64,000 bases of DNA, taken from the NCBI RefSeq assembly GCF_009914755.1, contig NC_060936.1. One strand, 5' to 3'. This DNA comes from the human T2T-CHM13v2.0 reference genome, Homo sapiens. The notes below the pieces were generated by a model. The model saw nothing but the letters and a program-made list of their open reading frames with translations, had not been told where the DNA came from and did not search any database. How positions within the stretch are numbered: position 1 is the first letter of the stretch; each line of letters opens with the position of its first letter. This document shows, in pieces, positions 17,560-29,810 of the stretch. Made by a program: the position numbers and the translations under genes.

Positions 17560-18752
17560 CTCAATTAAAACAAAAGACATAAACAAATGAATTAAAAGGA
17601 AAAGATAATACTGTTAAAATGGTCAATGTTAAAAAATCTCTGAAAGTCACTTTCTTTCAGGTAAGTAGTAAGATTTTGGTGAAAATTTAAATTTGGTGGT
17701 TTCCGTTCTTCCAGATCTGTAAGAGACCAGCAGGCAGACTAGCCTAATGATCTAACTTCAGTTTATTAGTTCTAACATAGATTTTTTTGTATGTTAATAT
17801 ATATGAAGTTATTATGGTCATCTTAAATTCCATGAATTCAGTAATAAATAAATAGCACAATTATTGTAATTATAAATATAGATTCTAAAACAAATACTTA
17901 AGTCAACTGGCAACATTCAATCGTATTAGTATGTAGCTTTGAAATAACTTCTAACACTAACATAGTTTGCTACATGGATGCTACATATTTTGCTGTCATA
18001 AGAACTTGGAGTGTTATCCCCCTCCGCTCAAGCATGTAATACCTGTTAGACCCCATATGTGAGAACTTGGAATGAACTTCTCCTCTCTTCAGTAGTATTA
18101 CATCAGACCTTATCATACCGCAGATCTGAGCTACTGACCTCAACTACTGGACTTCAAAATACATATTAACCAAAGAGTTTGAAAGATACTTTGAAAGCTT
18201 AGGCCATGGCAGGCTGCACTTTTTCAGCTGCTTTCTTTGAGACTGGCAGCTCATGCTGCAATAGGGCCATATCCTATTGGCCTTAGAGCTTTGAGTCTCG
18301 GCAGCCAACACCTACATCTCCTCTAGCAGCAGGAGATCCCCATTGTCTGGGATCTCCACTGTTTTGGATGCCATCTCTCCAGAGAGACTGCTCATAAAAA
18401 AAGGTACACCTCAACCCTTTTAGACTTTACTTTTCACAAAAGCCTGCTTCCATCCTGAGAAAGTGACTAGACTTTAATAATTTTGGAACTCACCCACTAT
18501 ATGGTTAATATACCTCATCTATTGATATTCCCTGTAAGATTTGTTCATGTTATTTCTCCCCCTTTTAAGCACTGTGAACCGAAGAAAATCTCTCTTTGGC
18601 AATAAACCATGCAATTCATGAAATCATACTTCAAATCATGCTTCTTATTACAATCAAACAGAACACCTATAATAGTTGAACATTTGCATTAGTTAAAACA
18701 TGCTATCAAGCTATCACTACTAAAACTTGCATTAGTTAAAACATCCTATCAC

Positions 18753-19055
18753 GGCCGGGCGCGGTGGCTCACGCCTGTAATCCCAGCACTTTGGGAGGCC
18801 GAGACGGACGGATCACGAGGTCAGGAGATCGAGACCATCCTGGCTAATATGGTGAAACCCCGTCTCTACTAAAAATACAAAAAATTAGCCGGCCTGATGG
18901 CGGACGTGCCTGTAGTCCCAGCTACTAGGAAGGCTGAGGCAGGAGAATGCTGTGAACACGGGAGGCGGAGCTTGCAGTGAGCCGAGATCGCGCGCCACTG
19001 CACTCCAGCCTGGGTGACAGAGCGAGACTCTGTCTCAAAAAAAAAAAAAAAAAAA
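18753..19055 (+). mobile_element. AluY
   Basis: GGATCACGAGGTCAGGAGATCGAGACCATCCTGGCTAA and GGAGCTTGCAGTGAG diagnostics; CpG-rich. Confidence 0.9.
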
Positions 19056-20370
19056 TGCTATCAAACTATCACTACTAAAAAAATTGGCTTTATAAGCATA
19101 AATTTTTAATTCAGGACAAGTCAACTTTAAAAGAAGCAGAAATAACAGATTCCATAAGGCTTAATTTGTCACATGTATTAGGAACAAAATAATATACTAC
19201 CTTGGCATTATTTTTATATTTTAAAGAATTATACCCATCTGAAAGAGTTTAATAAGGCATTTCCTAGTATATCTGACTTTTTGTTTCTCTATACATTGAA
19301 CTAAGACATACTGATTGCTAAGAACCTTAAGTATTTAAAATATATTTTCCCCAAAAGGTAAATTTCCTGCCAAGGTAACTTACATCTTGCACTGTGGAAA
19401 AGTTATTTAAGTGTATTAAATGTGAAATAGTCATCTCAAATGCAGTAAACAATTTCCACTCTGCTTTCAGATACAGAAAAGAATACAGCCCATACTCAAT
19501 TAATTATTAATGGCATCTATATAAAACATGAGTAAATGAGTTATAAGTAATTTGGATTACTAAAAACTCCTTTAATGTTAACAGAATCACCAATTAGAAA
19601 AGCTGAGTAGTAATAAGACTGATTATCTTGTCATTTATTTATTTGTTTTTGTCTTTTTCAGTCCAACTGCCAATTCTTGGTGCAAAGGCTTTAAAAAGCA
19701 AACAAGCCTCACTGAAAGTCACAATATGCCAAGATAACATGCAAAGGGATTATTAATTACTTTACAAAAATATTAGAACTATTGCTGAAGGGTAACTACT
19801 TTTATTCTTACAAATGATGACTATGGTAAAATTATTTGGTAAAACTTCGTTAATCTTTGATTCTTCCTATAATTTCAGAATAAAATCAATATAATTTCAG
19901 CATAAAAATCATAATTAAGGCATTTACTTAGAAAATACACTAAACTATATAGAATCTAAGACATCAAAAAAATCCTATTCAAAGAGAACCACTTTTGATA
20001 CTGCAGTGATTTTCTTCTGTTTTTCTCTATGTATTATTTTTATGTAAAGTCATACAGAATATGAGTGTGTGTGCATGTATGTACAAATACACATTTTTTA
20101 GTTTTTTAAAAACTTAACATTGTTAATAGAACAGGTTTCCCAGTTTTCAATCTTCACTAACATAATACATAATATTACTAGCTATTTATAGCTAGTAATA
20201 TCTCTTTCCCTACCAATATACACTTTAGTCATTATCAATTTGTCAGAAACTTAAATGCTTTGAAGACTCACTACTGTTTGAACCTATTTTTTTTAACCAT
20301 TTAGGTATATTACAAAACATTAGGATAATACAGCCTGGTATAAAAAAAAACAACATATAGATACCTGATT

Positions 20371-20663
20371 CTTTTTTTTTTTTTTTTTTTTTTGAGGCAG
20401 AGTCTTGCTCTGTTGCCCAGGCTGGAGAGCAGTGGTGAGATCACAGCTCACCACAGCCCTGAAATCCAGAGGTCAAGTGAATCTCCCATCTCAGCCTCTC
20501 AAGTAGCTGGGACCACAGGCACATGGCACCACACTCAGCTAATTTTTAAATTTTTTGTAGAGACAGGGGTCTCCCTGTGTTGCCCAGGCTGGTCTCGAAC
20601 TCCTGGCTCAAGCAACTCTCTCGCCTCAGCCTCCCAAAGTGCTGGGATTACAGGCGTGGGCCC
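20371..20663 (-). mobile_element. Alu (AluJ-like)
   Basis: Reverse Alu. Confidence 0.85.
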
Positions 20664-20878
20664 ATCCAGTAACTCATTTTTAATGGAACACCTTTAAAAA
20701 AATTACATCTTCACTCCTCATACATTTGTTTGCATTCATCAGAATTCAACACAGAGAAACAAATTAGGAAGTTATTTATATCAGGCCGCCACCTGCTTGC
20801 AAAAAGGTATTAAGTTTAGTTTTCAACAATAAAAATAAACAACTAATAAACATGCTTTAAGTAGTTAAAAGCAATTAC

Positions 20879-20944
20879 TTGCTGCTGCAGCCCTTGATAT
20901 TTTTCTAATTCCTTCTTTAATTCTTCCGAGTACCATTTTTCTTC
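20879..20944 (-). CDS. EEA1: EEA1 coding exon 5 (EEKWYSEELKKELEKYQGLQQQ)
   Basis: ttattag| acceptor, CAA|gtaatt donor; 66 nt; separated from exon 4 by a 90-nt intron. Confidence 0.96.
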
Positions 20945-21034
20945 CTAATAAAAAAGATTTTTAATTAGTAAATTTAAAAAGAGGTATTATCTGAAACACT
21001 GAAAATAAAAAGGTATAACAATTTTTATTCTTAC

Positions 21035-21089
21035 CTTAAGTGAAGCCTGTAGGTCTTGGACCTCTTGTCTGAGCAGTGTTACATCATCT
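21035..21089 (-). CDS. EEA1: EEA1 coding exon 4 (DDVTLLRQEVQDLQASLK)
   Basis: tttag| acceptor, AAG|gtaaga donor; 55 nt, phase 2/0. Confidence 0.96.
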
Positions 21090-21540
21090 CTAAATAAAAA
21101 TGGGAGGAAGGAATTAATAGTCAATGTCCTTTAATTAACAAACTGGTCTTAAGAAATCATGGCTAGTAATTGTATATTAATATTATAGTTTTTTCAATTC
21201 AAAAAAAAACTACGGAAGATTTTATCTATAATAGCATATATATAAATCCCTCAGAAAAACGATTTTATTCCTAAAGCTTACTGTTTATAAATGGAAAAAA
21301 CATTTTCTCATGGAAATAATCATATAACTGACTGTCAAGTGCCCAAGCCAAGAGGCAAAATGTCTCCCATTAATTTACTAACAATAAGCATCAATGGCTT
21401 CCTATTGTAGTTAGCATAAAATCTAAACTCATTAACATGGACTACAAAATATACATAATCTAGTCATTGCCTTATCACTCTCCCCTTCATTCATTTAGCT
21501 CTATCAACATTGGCTTCCATCTTTCATACTGAGAAAAAGC

Positions 21541-24500
21541 CCTGGTTCACTCCGCACCACCCTTGGTTACGCCCTGATACTGCGCACTGAGTAGAATGCC
21601 GTCTGCAACTTGCGCATTTCGCAGCTGCCATCTTGCCGCTGCTCCTTCTCAACGCCACTTCCACTCACTGCCACCAACACCAACATGAACGGGAGCTCAA
21701 CAGCTTCCACTAGGTGTTCATTGAGAAGGGCACATTCCTCTTCACCTCAGAGTTGGTGGGGGAAGGCCCACCCAGATAAGATCTGTGACCAGATCAGTGA
21801 GGCTGTCCTTGATGCCCACCTTCAACAAAATCCTGATGCCAAAGTAGCTTGTGAAACTGTTGCTAAAACTGGAATGATCCTTCTTGCACGTGAAATTACA
21901 TCCAGAGCTGCTGTTGACTAACAGAAAATGCTTCGTGAAGCTATTAAACACATTGGATATGATGATTCTTCCAAAGGGTTTGACTACAAGACTTGTAATG
22001 TGCTGGTAGCCTTGGTGCAACAGTCACCAGATATTTCTGAAGGTGTTCATCTTGACAGAAATGAAGAAGACATTGGTGTTGGAGACCAGGGCTTGATGTT
22101 TGGCTACGCCACTGATGAAACTGAGGAGTGTATGTAGGCCTTTAACCATTGTCTTAGCATACAAGCTTAAAGCCAAACTGGCAGAACTACGCCATAATGG
22201 CACTTTGCCTTGGTTATGCCCTGATTCTACAACTCAAGTTACTGTGCACTATATGCAGGATTGAGGTGCTATGCTTCCCATCAGAGTCCACACAATTGTT
22301 ATATCTGTTTGGCATGATGAAGAGGTTCGTCTTGGTGAGATGAGGGATGCCCTAAAGGAGAAAGTCATCAAAGCCATTGTGCCTGCAAAATACCTTGATG
22401 AGGATACAATCTACCACCTATAGCCAAGTGGCAGACTTGTTATTGGTGTGCCTCGGGGTGATGCTGGTTTGTATGACTGGACAGAAAACCATTATGGACA
22501 CTTACAGAGGTTGGGGTGTTCATGGAGGAGGTGCCTTTGAGGAAGGGATTATACTAAGATCAACCGTTCAGCTGCCTATGCTGCTCATTCAGTGGCAAAA
22601 TCCCTTGTTAAAGGAGGTCTGTGCAGAACGGTTCTTGTTCAGGTCTCTTATTCTATTGGAGTTTCTCATCCATTATCTATCTCTGTTTTCCATTATAGTA
22701 CCTCTCAGAAGAGTGAGAGGGAGCTACTAGAGATTATAAAGAAGAATTTTGATCTCCACCCTAGGGTCATTGTCAGGGATCTGGATCTGAAGAAGCCAAT
22801 TTATCAGAGGACTGCAGCCTATGGCCACTTTGGTAGGGACAGCTTCCCATGGGAAGTGCCCAAAAAGCTTAAATATTGAAAGTTTTCATCTTTTTTCCCC
22901 ATACTTGTTGGCAAAGGCAACAGAGAAGCCTTCAAGCTCTGAGGGAAAGGGCCTTCCTTCCTAAATTTTCCTGTCCTGTTTCAGCACCTGATCAGTTGTA
23001 GTCACTCTAGTCAATGACATGAATTTTAGCTTTTGTGGGTAAGTTGGGCTTGCTATTCTGTCCGTAGGTGTTTTGTTTATCAATAATGAATTTAGTGAGC
23101 ATAGGTGATCCATGTAACTGCCTAGAAACAACACTGTAGTAAATAATCTTCGGTGTTTTGTTGGGCTTGCTATTCTGTCCCTAGGTGTTTTGTTTACCAT
23201 TGTAATGAATTTACTGAGCACAGGTGATCCATGTAGCTGCCTAGAAACAACACTGTAGTAAATAATGCTTTGAAATTGAACATTTGTGCCCTACCCAACG
23301 CTCCAAAGTCCTAATTGCGTTGACTTTCCCACACCAGATGCTGAAAATGTCCACATAAAGTACTTGTAGTTCCGCTTATAGCCTCTGCCTGGCAATGCCA
23401 CAGCCCTGTCAGCATGAATTTGTAATATCTTGAGCTCTATTATGAATGTGAAGCCTTCCCCTTATCCTCCCTGTAACTTGATCCATTTCTAATTATGAGC
23501 TCTTTGTCAGGGTGTGTTCCCTATCTGATCAGTCTTGTATGTAACGCAAGTTCCCAGTTGGAGCTCTAGCCTGACATCAAAAAAAGGCAGTTACCATTAA
23601 ACCATCTCCCTGGTGCTTACGCTCTTAATTGCCACCTCTTTAACAGCACCAAATCAAAATCTCTCCACTTTCAGCTGTATTTTGGAGGACATACACGCAA
23701 GGTTTTAATTTAGTAAACCAATCCTATGCATGGTTTCAGCACTAGCCACACCTCACCAACTCCTAGCTCTAGAAAAAAAGGCACCTGGCATCTTTGTGAT
23801 GCCATACAGGGAAGTCACAGGCCAGTACCTGAGGGTCTGAAGGTTGCACACTTTAGTACCAGATAACGTTTTTTTTTCTTTATAAGAAAGCCTGAGTACT
23901 CCACACTGCACAATAATGCCTCCCAGGGTTTTAGTTTTGTTTTATTTTCAAAACCAGATCCAATGAGCTTTCTCAACAGCTGGTGTAGCTACAGAGAAGT
24001 CAGCTTCCTTCAGAAAGCAGTGTTTTTGGCGGGGAGGAGGAAATCCCTTCATACTTGAACATTTTCTAATTGCTTATTTATTGTATTCTGGGGTATGGCC
24101 TTAAGTACAGTGAAGCTATCACCTCAAATGGCAGCTTTAAAAAAATTTTTTTTCTCTCAATACCATGATTACCATGATTCCTTTAACATGTTTCCAGCAT
24201 TCCTAGGTAGGCCAAGGTGTCCTACAGAAAAACCTTGGGTTTGACCTACAGGGGGTTTGGCTGGTGTTAACAGAAGGGAGGGCAGAGCTGGTGTGGCTGG
24301 CCATGGAGAAAGCTGACTTAGCTGGTGTGATACAGAGAAGCCAGCTTGTTTACATGCTTATTCCATGACTGCTTGCCCTAAGCAGAAAGTGCCTTTCAGG
24401 ATCTATTTTTGGAGGTTCATTATATATGTCTGGTTCTCAATTCCAACAGTTTAATGAAGATCTAAATAACATGCTAGGTTCTACCTTAAAAAAAAAAAAG
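21541..24500 (+). pseudogene. Processed pseudogene of MAT2A (S-adenosylmethionine synthase II alpha) with 5'UTR, CDS remnant 21685-22879, full 3'UTR and poly(A)
   Basis: Intronless; fragments [59 protein letters not shown]; frameshift just after the ATG and several in-frame stops; 3'UTR with TACAGAGAA hairpins; A-tail from ~24488. Confidence 0.95.
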
Positions 24501-24563
24501 AAGACAAAGAAGAAGAGGAGGAGGAGGAGGAAGAGGAAGAAGAAAAAGAGGAGCAGCAGCAGC
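24500..24563 (+). repeat. Mixed GAA/GAG/GCA trinucleotide repeat adjoining the MAT2A retrocopy poly(A) tail
   Basis: Directly follows the A-run at 24488-24499. Confidence 0.8.
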
Positions 24564-24780
24564 TCTGTAAATAGGGGGGAAATACACACAACACACACAA
24601 AACACTGCTTATTTCTGTTCCTTTGGGTATGACATGCTCTTTCCTGTCTCAGAAGCTTCTCACATTCTGTTCCCCTCACCTAAGGGTCAAACTGACAAAG
24701 AATGGTGAACTGACCATTCTAAGCCCTTCTGCAGGAGAGAGATTTCATGAGAAAACATCATTATAAAGAATTATTATTCT

Positions 24781-25070
24781 GGCCGGGCACGGTGGCTCAC
24801 ACCTGTAATCCCAGCACTTGGGAAGGCCGAGGCGGGCAGATCACCTGAGGTCAGGAGTTCGAGACCAGCCTGACCAACATGGAGAAACCCCATCTCTACT
24901 AAAAATACAAAATTAGCCGGGCGTGGTGGCGCATGCCTGTATTGCCAGCTACTCAGGAGGCTGAAGCAGGAGAATCGCTTGGACCCAGGAGGTATCGGTT
25001 GCGGTGAGCCGAGATTGTGCCATTGCACTCCAGCCTGGGCAACAAGTACAAAACTCAGTCTCAAAAAAAA
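24781..25070 (+). mobile_element. Alu (AluSp/Sq-like), target-site duplication AATTATTATTCT
   Basis: Alu consensus and flanking direct repeat. Confidence 0.9.
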
Positions 25071-25922
25071 ATTATTATTCTGGATGTCAGGAACATATCT
25101 TCCCCTGCTGGATTCAAATTCATCCTACAGATATACTCAAACAAGTACAAATGGTATCTCCAAAGGAACTTTGTGATGTCATAAGTATGCAAAACATGAG
25201 AAATAACCTGAATAGTCATCAACCAAAGAATGAGAAAATTCCATGCTATCATTAAAAAGATAAGATAGCTCTATCTACCTTGATATGAAAGAATCCATAA
25301 GATACAGAGAGAAACAAAAGATACAGAACAACGTAGAATTGCTATCTTTTATATAATTACATATATTTATATATTTATTTATATGTACATAGATATAAGC
25401 ATATGAATATATAAGCATAGAATATCTCTGGAAGAATACGTAAGAAATTGATGAAAAAAAGAGGCTAGGGAAAAAGGGGTGGCAAGCGCTCAATTTTCAC
25501 CATAAACTTTTTTGAACCATCTGAATTTTGTACTATGTACATCTACATATGTACATTTAAAGATCTAGCCTAAAAAAGCTCACTAATGCATCAAACTTCA
25601 AATATTTGATTGATGTTGATGAAATTCGCATATAAGCTGATGAACAGAAGGCTTTAAAGCAAAAAGGTTTCATGACCCACCTGAGTCATGTGGACTTTTG
25701 ATCTAAAAGACATAGCCTGCTCATAGTCACATGTCATCCACAGTGTTATAGTGGAGTAGAATGTAATTGTCAGAAACTGAGGTGTAGGAAAATGGGAAGA
25801 AGAGATACAATACAATAAAAACGGAAACGCATGCAGTAACTATTCCGTAAGCAATGAGAAGCCTGCAAAAATTACTACTTAGAGCAATGCCAATCAAATT
25901 TGCATTTTAAGAATATTATTCT

Positions 25923-26210
25923 GGCCAGGCGCAGTGACTCAGGCCTGCAATCCTAACACTTTGGCAGGTTGAGGTGGGAGAATTCCTTGAGGACTTCTTG
26001 AGGTTCTTGAACAACATAGTGAGACACTGTCCCAAAAAGAAAAAAAAAGTAAAAATTAGCCAGGCATGTTGGTCCATGCCTGTAGTCCCAGTTACTTGGG
26101 AGGCTGAGGCACGAGGATTACTTGAGACCAGGAGTTGGAGGCTACAGTAAGCTATGACTATACCAGCCTGGAAAACAGAGCAAGATCCTATCTCTAAAAA
26201 AAAAAGAAAA
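25923..26210 (+). mobile_element. Alu (AluJ-like), target-site duplication AAGAATATTATTCT
   Basis: Diverged Alu and flanking direct repeat. Confidence 0.85.
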
Positions 26211-26781
26211 AAGAATATTATTCTGGCAGCAATATGGAGAATTGGAGGAGTACAAGACTAAAGATAGAGAGCCAACTATAAATATGAAAAAACATTTCTG
26301 AGTGAGATTTAAGGCCTAAAATAAACTATAACAGTAAAAATGTAAAAGAATATATGCTGTTAAGGAAACAGAATTAACTAAACTTTATGATAAATCAGAT
26401 GCGGGTAGGAGGAGCAGATGTGTAAAAATGATCACACCTACTTTCCTGGCTTTACTAACTGGGTGGACAGATAATGACACCATTCTCCAGAAGAAGTAAT
26501 AGTAGACAAGCAGTAGGTTTAGAAGAAAACAGAAAAAACTCTGTTTTCAAAATGTCAATGATGAGGTGCCTCCAGAACATCTGAGGGAAGATACCTAATA
26601 GGCAAGTTGGGAGATAATTCTAGGTTGGAGATATGGTTTAGGAGGAAGTTATGGATGTAGATATTACCCTAGGTAGATCATACAGAGAAAGAGCAGCATA
26701 CAAAACAGATCAAGAAAAAATTATCACAATGGTATGTCATCTCAGAAGAGTAGAAGGAAGGAGAACTGGCACAGCCAAATT

Positions 26782-27312
26782 TTGCAGTGGTTGTTGCAGA
26801 TACTCTACAGAGATGACTACAATCAAGTTCTTCCTTTCCTATACTAATCCACTAAAAGACAAAGTTTATCTTCAGGCCTCATGAATCTGACTTGGCACTA
26901 TGACTACTTTATCCAATAGAATGGCAGAAGTGATGCTCTGACACTTTTGAATCAAGCCTAAAGAAGATTGGCAGCTTCTGCTTCTTTCCTCTTGGAACAT
27001 ACTACCTTAGAACGAACTACCAGCTTGTGAGGAAGTCCAAGCAGCCACATAAAGAGGCCCACATGAAAGAGAATTGAAGCCTTTGGCATAAAGCCCCAGA
27101 TGAGCTCCCAGCTGGCATCCAACACAGACTTCCAGCCATGAATGTGAGGCCATTTTGAACCTTCTGGTCTTCCTACAACCCCAGTCTCCCTCACTTAAAG
27201 CAAAAGAATCATGCAGTCAATTCAAAGAATCATGAGAATTCATAAACTGTTATAGTTTTAAACCACTATGTTCTTTGGGTAGATTGTCAGACAGTAATAG
27301 ATAATCAAAACA
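26782..27312. mobile_element. MaLR (MLT1E/F-like) LTR
   Basis: CCAATAGAATGGCAGAAGTGATG...GAGGAAGTCCAAGCAGCCACA...GTAATAGATAATCAAAACA. Confidence 0.6.
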
Positions 27313-28468
27313 GAGGTCAAGCAAAATAAGAACTGAAAATAATCCAGGTTACTGTTGGTCTTCAGAGCCATAGCCAGAGAATGGTAGGGCAGAAGTCAGG
27401 CTTCAATTAACTAAAACACTAAATGAAAAGTTAAGAAGAACAAGGGTAGACCGTGGATGCTTTTATGTTAAAAGTTCATATACTGGACACAGTCTAATTC
27501 ATAGTTGAAACACAACTCTATTAAATTGATATTAAATATAAGAACATTTATAATATAATTTAACTACATGTTTTTAATGTATTTCCTAACAAATGACAAA
27601 AGAATAGTAGCCAAAATTATTAATTCACACATAAAAATACCCGAGAGCATTAGCAGTCATATTAAAAAGGAAGATCCATTCTTCCCAAAAGCACTGGTTT
27701 TCCCACATATTTTAATACAGTAAAATGGCCATGTTTTATAGTTCTACATTATCTATCAACCACAAAGTTTATATGGTTATCATATTTTCCTTTATGTAGT
27801 ATTCTTTGTGTTACAGCAGATTAATCAACCAGTAAGTTTTTTTTTAGGAAAGCATAAAAATACTTTTTTACAAGTACAATGAAGTGAAACTTTTATGCCC
27901 TCAGTGGGGATAAAAGACAAGAGTTCTCTCCAATAGCAGAAGAAATGCAAAGTTATATCATTGAATGCTATTCTAAGTAGTTATATTTTAGTTTACTTTT
28001 ACTTCTTAAAATGGCCAAGAAAAATTACCAGGAAACACAATGTGTACGTATGCTTATTGCTATACTGGTGATTATAAATGGAAATTTTTAAATTTTAAAT
28101 TAAAAATTAAATTTTAATTGTTGGCTAAATTTATTATTTTAACAACTTACTATAAAGTCATCTAAGCAAATCGTATCATCTTATATTACACACAATATGC
28201 TAAATATAATTTAATCTTCTTTTGCTAACTCACAATCTTCATTAAAAACATAACCTATGTACCGTATTGTAGTTGCTGGCATAGATAGTTACTGGTCAAG
28301 GATTGAATAGTTTTTAACAATAGTGGAGGAAGGATATGCTAAATGATGACAGATTTAAATTAAATAATACAAAAAGGTTACTATTTTCATAAGCTAATTA
28401 ATCATGATTAAACGACGATACCACATGCATATTCCATAACATTATACTTCAAAATTATCATACCGTAC

Positions 28469-28596
28469 CGCTTCAAAGCAAGATTAGACTCTCCTCCGTG
28501 ACCTGAGTCATTACCAGCATCATGAACAGCTTCATAATGTTTGAAAAGTTCATCAGCAGATCCAAGAGATTTCATACACTGGGGACATATGAAACC
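28469..28596 (-). CDS. EEA1: EEA1 coding exon 3, Rab5-binding C2H2 zinc finger (GFICPQCMKSLGSADELFKHYEAVHDAGNDSGHGGESNLALKR)
   Basis: ttctatag| acceptor, CG|gtacgg donor; 128 nt, phase 0/2; translation matches EEA1. Confidence 0.97.
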
Positions 28597-29319
28597 CTAT
28601 AGAAAGGGGCAGAAAAAAGTTTCAAAATAGTATTTAATATCGTGAAATAACAATTTGCATATTATTAAATATCACCAAATGTCTGAATCATACCAATGGT
28701 GCCATTAGGTAAATTTTATCTTATGGTATTAATCCCAAATTCTAGTATCATGCAAAGATACTTCATTGTCTATTCTAGTTGAAGTTTACAAAATACAAAG
28801 AAAGCCCTTGCAACCATCTTTTATTTTTAGGTCAGATAAATTAATAGCTGGAGTACCCAAGTCTAATCTGAAAAGTTAGTTCTAATATAGATTAGTTGAG
28901 AAGATTTGCCATCATATCCTTCCTTTCTCTAGCTATCCTCATTAGTAAAATAATATCTGTTCCAATCTACTTCATAGGAATGCTATGAAAAAAAAAAAAA
29001 GAAGATGAACCACTGAGGGGGAAAAAAAGTAATTCATAATCACCACAGAGTTTGGATATCTACAATGATAACAAGTTTTCTAGTCAGTAAATGTCCTTGC
29101 TAACCTACGGCTAACACAGTAAAGGCCTAAAATTAATGTGTAGCCCCATAAAATATAAAAAACAAACATAACTACATAACTAATCTCAAAATTATTATAT
29201 GGTTAAAACTACCAACTAGAGTACTATGTTAAAGATGCTGATAAAGATCCATGTTTTACAAATTTTAGGTTGCAATTCATTAATGAATTATGAAATCAAC
29301 TTACTGGGTTGCAACTTTT

Positions 29320-29810
29320 ATTTTTTTATTTTATTTTATTTTATTTTATTTTATTTTGAGAATGAGTCTCGCTCCGTCACCCAGGCTGAAGTGCAATGGT
29401 GCAATCTTGGCTCACTGCAAACCTCCACCTCCTGGGTTCAAGCGATTTTCCCTGCCTCAGCCTCCCGAGGAGCTGGGATTACAGGCACCCGCCACCGCGC
29501 CCAGCTAATATTTGTGTGTTTTTAGTAGAGATGGGGTTTCGCCATGTTGGCCCGGTGGTCTCGAACTCCTGACCTCAGGTGATCCACCCGCCTCGGCCTC
29601 CCAAAGCATTGGGATTACAGGCATGAGCCACCATGCCCAGCCGGGTGTGGTGGCACACACGTGTAGTCCCAGCTACTCAGGAGGCTGAAGTAGGAGAATT
29701 GCTTGAACCTGGGAGGTGGAGGTTGCAGTGAGCCAAGATCATGTCACTGTACTCCAGCCTGGGTGACAGAGCAAGACTCCTTCTCAAAAAAAAAAAAAAA
29801 AAAAAAAAGA
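29320..29810. mobile_element. Minus-strand Alu fused head-on to a plus-strand Alu right arm
   Basis: ...GAGCCACCATGCCCAG|CCGGGTGTGGTGGCAC... junction at ~29640. Confidence 0.88.

Noticed and set aside
21610-22879. Functional MAT2A retrogene
   Set aside because: Frameshift immediately after the ATG and multiple stops
24426-24679. ORFs with poly-Lys/Arg or poly-Phe/Leu
   Set aside because: Translation of the retrocopy poly(A) tail and trinucleotide repeat
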